64,000 nt of DNA from Spirochaetaceae bacterium (GTDB lineage: Bacteria; Spirochaetota; Spirochaetia; DSM-2461), in assembly GCA_965224705.1 (NCBI GenBank), contig OZ245056.1, positions 1,152,001 through 1,216,000 of the forward strand. The letters run 5' to 3'. The notes beneath the pieces were generated by a model, which did no database searches, had not been told where the DNA came from, and worked only from the letters and a program-made list of their open reading frames with translations. Both the position numbers and the translations under genes were made by a program. How positions within the stretch are numbered: the stretch's first letter is position 1; each line of letters starts with the position of its first letter. Shown here piece after piece: positions 61,106 through 64,000 of this stretch.

Positions 61106-62311
61106 TCACTCCCCCACCCTCCTGCGCCGTTCAAACCCTACAATGCCAATCGACAATCCTGCCGCAATCCATAGCAGCCATGGCGTGTCCAGCGGAAACA
61201 GGGACGCCGCAGCGGCACTCAGCATGTAGCCAAATGGGACAACGGCAACGGCTGCGGATTCAAGCAGGCCCTGTCTGCCTGCCGCCCTTTCTTCATTCCC
61301 TTTCCAGTAGACAAGATGAACCGTAACAAGATGAATCCAGCCCTGGCAGGCACCGGCGGCGACAAGAAACAAGAGGAGCATAAACAGAGAGGCCAGCCTG
61401 CCGCTGTCAAACCGGATTGCTCCCGCGGCAATGCAGACAGCGGCGAATACAAGGGCGGCAGCTTGTGTTGATCTGTTCCCAACCCTAACGGCCAGTCCGC
61501 TCAGGCCCAGAACCATACCGGAAAGAATGCTTCCTCCCAAAAGAGCGGCAAGGCCATAACCGATAAACTGTGCGCTTAGACCCAGGCGTTCGGTAAAGAA
61601 AAAAGGCAAGTTGAGCAGCACCAGAGTGTTGACCGCCTGCATCCCAAGATACAGAAACACCGGGGCACCCTTGCGCTTAAGCCCAAGAAAATCCTTCGCT
61701 AATACAGAAAAACTCCGGACAGGCGATAGACGGCGGATTTTTTCCCGCCGGGCGCGAAAAGGAAGTTCTTTTAAGAAGACCTCGGATATGCCGCTGGCAA
61801 AAAAGCAGGCACTGTTTATAAGCAGCAGGGGAATCAAACCAAAAGCCGGATAGAGTGCCGCACCAAGCAATTGACCCGCCAGAGAAGATAAATGTCCGGT
61901 GCCGACTCGCAGGCTCAGCAGATCAACCCGTTCGCTCTTCTGATCCAATATGTAGCTAATGACCGCCGGAGAAAAGAAGGCCTGCATCACGGCATTAAGG
62001 AAAACCAGCGGCAGAAACACGATCAATGGATTGCCAACGTCAAAATTCGCAAGAACAGCGGCGGCGGTTAATAAAAAAAGGCCTCGGGCCATGTCCGTCC
62101 CGGCTATAATTACAGGTCGTTGCGTTCTGTCGGCCAGTATGCCGCCAAAAACACCGAACAGCAGAATGGGCAGATGCGCGGCAGCCTGTATTGCGCCGAT
62201 ATTGAATGGATGCGGATGGACAGCAGTAATGAAAACCAGCAATGCCACAACGTACATGCTGTTCCCGAAACAAGTCAGCATGTTTCCGGCAATAATGATC
62301 AATCGGTTCAT
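61106..62311 (-). CDS. MFS transporter
   Basis: About 12 hydrophobic segments; GILADRTQR motif A. Confidence 0.88.
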   Translation of the reverse strand: MNRLIIIAGNMLTCFGNSMYVVALLVFITAVHPHPFNIGAIQAAAHLPILLFGVFGGILADRTQRPVIIAGTDMARGLFLLTAAAVLANFDVGNPLIVFLPLVFLNAVMQAFFSPAVISYILDQKSERVDLLSLRVGTGHLSSLAGQLLGAALYPAFGLIPLLLINSACFFASGISEVFLKELPFRARREKIRRLSPVRSFSVLAKDFLGLKRKGAPVFLYLGMQAVNTLVLLNLPFFFTERLGLSAQFIGYGLAALLGGSILSGMVLGLSGLAVRVGNRSTQAAALVFAAVCIAAGAIRFDSGRLASLFMLLLFLVAAGACQGWIHLVTVHLVYWKGNEERAAGRQGLLESAAVAVVPFGYMLSAAAASLFPLDTPWLLWIAAGLSIGIVGFERRRRVGE

Positions 62312-63918
62312 TTGATGATATGTTCAATAAGATGCGGTACGGCGGCCATTTCAGGCAGTTCCTTGTAATCTGTCGGCAATTTCGGTGGAACAAGGCTGGA
62401 ACTCAAAGTCCAGCTTTCCGGGAAAGAAATACTGCTTTCTGCCGGAAAAATGATATGGAAGAGAACAGGATAACCCGCATTGGGTCCGCTTACAGGTGTT
62501 CTTGGCTGATGATCCCCTATTATCAGCATGAAATTTCTGCCGTTTAATATATTGGTCAAATATTGGATCGTTGTTGTCAGGCTGTAACGTATGCCTTCCA
62601 GGTAGCCTTCGGCAAGTTCATTCCCATAGAGCCAGTTGTTTTCAAAGTATCTTAGGTAGCCGTTTTCGTATTCGCGGCCTTGCTGACTGAAATCCCAGTC
62701 CTCCTTATACACCGGAATCCTGACAAAGGGAGTGTGGGAGCTGACCAGAAGATAAAAGGCGAATTCCTTCCGATCATCCCTCAGATGATTTGAGGCAAAC
62801 GCATAAAACATATATTGATCGCTCATTGCCCCAAAGGATATGTTCGGACCCTGATAACCAAAATCATCTTGCAGAAGATAGGTATCAAAGGGATAGGCAT
62901 TTTTCCATTCCGCACTGGCCTGGGTTGAACCCGGTGCCACGTAGCAGCTCCAATAGCCCGCTTCTTTCATTTCTGTCAATAGATAGGCTTTCTCTCCGCT
63001 GCGGACCCTTTCGTCGTATATTTTCTGATTGGCAATCTGTGCCCCTGCAAGCAGGGTGGCATCGGCAAGCCAGCTTCTGCCGCCGAAGGCCGGAGAGCGT
63101 ACAAAACCGCTTCGAACAAGCATGTTTTCATTACTAAGCCGCATTTGCAGTTCCTCATACACATCGCGCATAATGTCCGTGTATTCCTCTTTTTGAAACA
63201 GGACGGCTCCGTAGGACTCAATGACAACAAAATGAACATCGCTGTCCTTTATACCCGGAAAAACCCATTCAGGTTCCTGGACTTGTAAAGCGGGCTCGGT
63301 CAATTCCTCGGTTTCAACGTCATACGAAATTGGGGCGGGTTCTGACACGCGGCCACCGCTTATCATTCTTACGGACTGGGAAACCGGGGAGCCGAAAGGC
63401 CCAAGCATGAGCAGGACTGCTGCCGCGCTTAATGCAATTTTTATCTTCCTGTTTGACAGGACATCCCTGCTGTCTGCTGATTTTCTGATGATGGTCCTGA
63501 TAACGGCCATAAAGCCATAGGCGGACAGGATTATGACCGCTACGGTCATAATAACAGCGGCCGTCCGAATAAAATTCGCCGAGAGATTTGTTCCCTGGAG
63601 AAGCATAACGAAAAAATTGGGAATCAACTGCATGTCCGAAACCATGTCGAAGTGTTCCAAATAGATTATTCGAAAGAACAATTCTCCTATAAGAAAAAAG
63701 ACGAGAAACGACAGAATACAAAGTGCCGCTGCGATTCTTGCCCCGCGGAATCGAGTCCCGGCAAGAAGGACGAAAACAATCATTAACTCTCCCATGGGCA
63801 ATAGAAAAGTCAAAGGCGCAAAATTTTCCAGTACCGGAAGCAGGCGGTAGGAAGCAAAGCCTGAATTAAGCAGCAGAAGGGCCGTCAGCGGCTTAATCAG
63901 ATTTTTGACAGATTGCAT
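62308..63918 (-). CDS. Membrane-anchored sulfatase/alkaline-phosphatase superfamily protein
   Basis: N-terminal TMs; VVIESYG, SPAFGGRSWLA, SSHTPF, IGDHQP. Confidence 0.8.
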   Translation of the reverse strand: MQSVKNLIKPLTALLLLNSGFASYRLLPVLENFAPLTFLLPMGELMIVFVLLAGTRFRGARIAAALCILSFLVFFLIGELFFRIIYLEHFDMVSDMQLIPNFFVMLLQGTNLSANFIRTAAVIMTVAVIILSAYGFMAVIRTIIRKSADSRDVLSNRKIKIALSAAAVLLMLGPFGSPVSQSVRMISGGRVSEPAPISYDVETEELTEPALQVQEPEWVFPGIKDSDVHFVVIESYGAVLFQKEEYTDIMRDVYEELQMRLSNENMLVRSGFVRSPAFGGRSWLADATLLAGAQIANQKIYDERVRSGEKAYLLTEMKEAGYWSCYVAPGSTQASAEWKNAYPFDTYLLQDDFGYQGPNISFGAMSDQYMFYAFASNHLRDDRKEFAFYLLVSSHTPFVRIPVYKEDWDFSQQGREYENGYLRYFENNWLYGNELAEGYLEGIRYSLTTTIQYLTNILNGRNFMLIIGDHQPRTPVSGPNAGYPVLFHIIFPAESSISFPESWTLSSSLVPPKLPTDYKELPEMAAVPHLIEHIIK

Positions 63919-64000
63919 AAATATCCCCACTCTTCCCTTTGGCAGGCCATGAATCAATGCGTGTTTTCATTGCCGTATCGGAGATAAACGTGGTCAAACG

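Noticed and set aside
43115..61586. Prophage or ICE
   Set aside because: No integrase, phage structural, replication or conjugation genes.

Overview
Bacterial chromosomal window, most likely from a spirochaete (inferred from the NtrC-type regulator-lexA-holA block, the TraB protein and spirochaete-like lipoprotein leaders). Bases 1-11.3 kb are housekeeping genes (sigma54 regulator, lexA, holA, TPR lipoprotein, TraB, VOC protein, mnmG) with a nest of MITEs. Bases 11.5-37.6 kb form a repeat-scaffolded variable locus: three modular FN3/Ig-like lipoproteins, a REase-NACHT + Schlafen/AlbA operon, five tandem AAA-ATPase/PD-(D/E)XK genes that differ mainly in one 60-aa cassette, and two tandem Rpn nuclease genes with internal small-protein starts. 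Copies or arrays of one ~133-bp hairpin module, also found inside an ISAs1-type MITE, lie between these units. Bases 37.7-43.1 kb hold decayed TA and acyl genes and an integrase-less integron remnant (Pc, attI-like site, 3 cassettes). Bases 43.1-61.6 kb are an ~18-kb defence island bounded by a 476-bp duplication of an MFS gene 3' end. It carries a Menshen-like system, a type III R-M deletion scar, two broken KAP NTPase copies, IS remnants and an AT-rich three-gene operon (2160-aa HATPase/PRTase/kinase-like protein, receiver, beta-solenoid K+ channel) that I cannot match to a characterised system. All domain calls come from reading motifs by eye, not from database searches.
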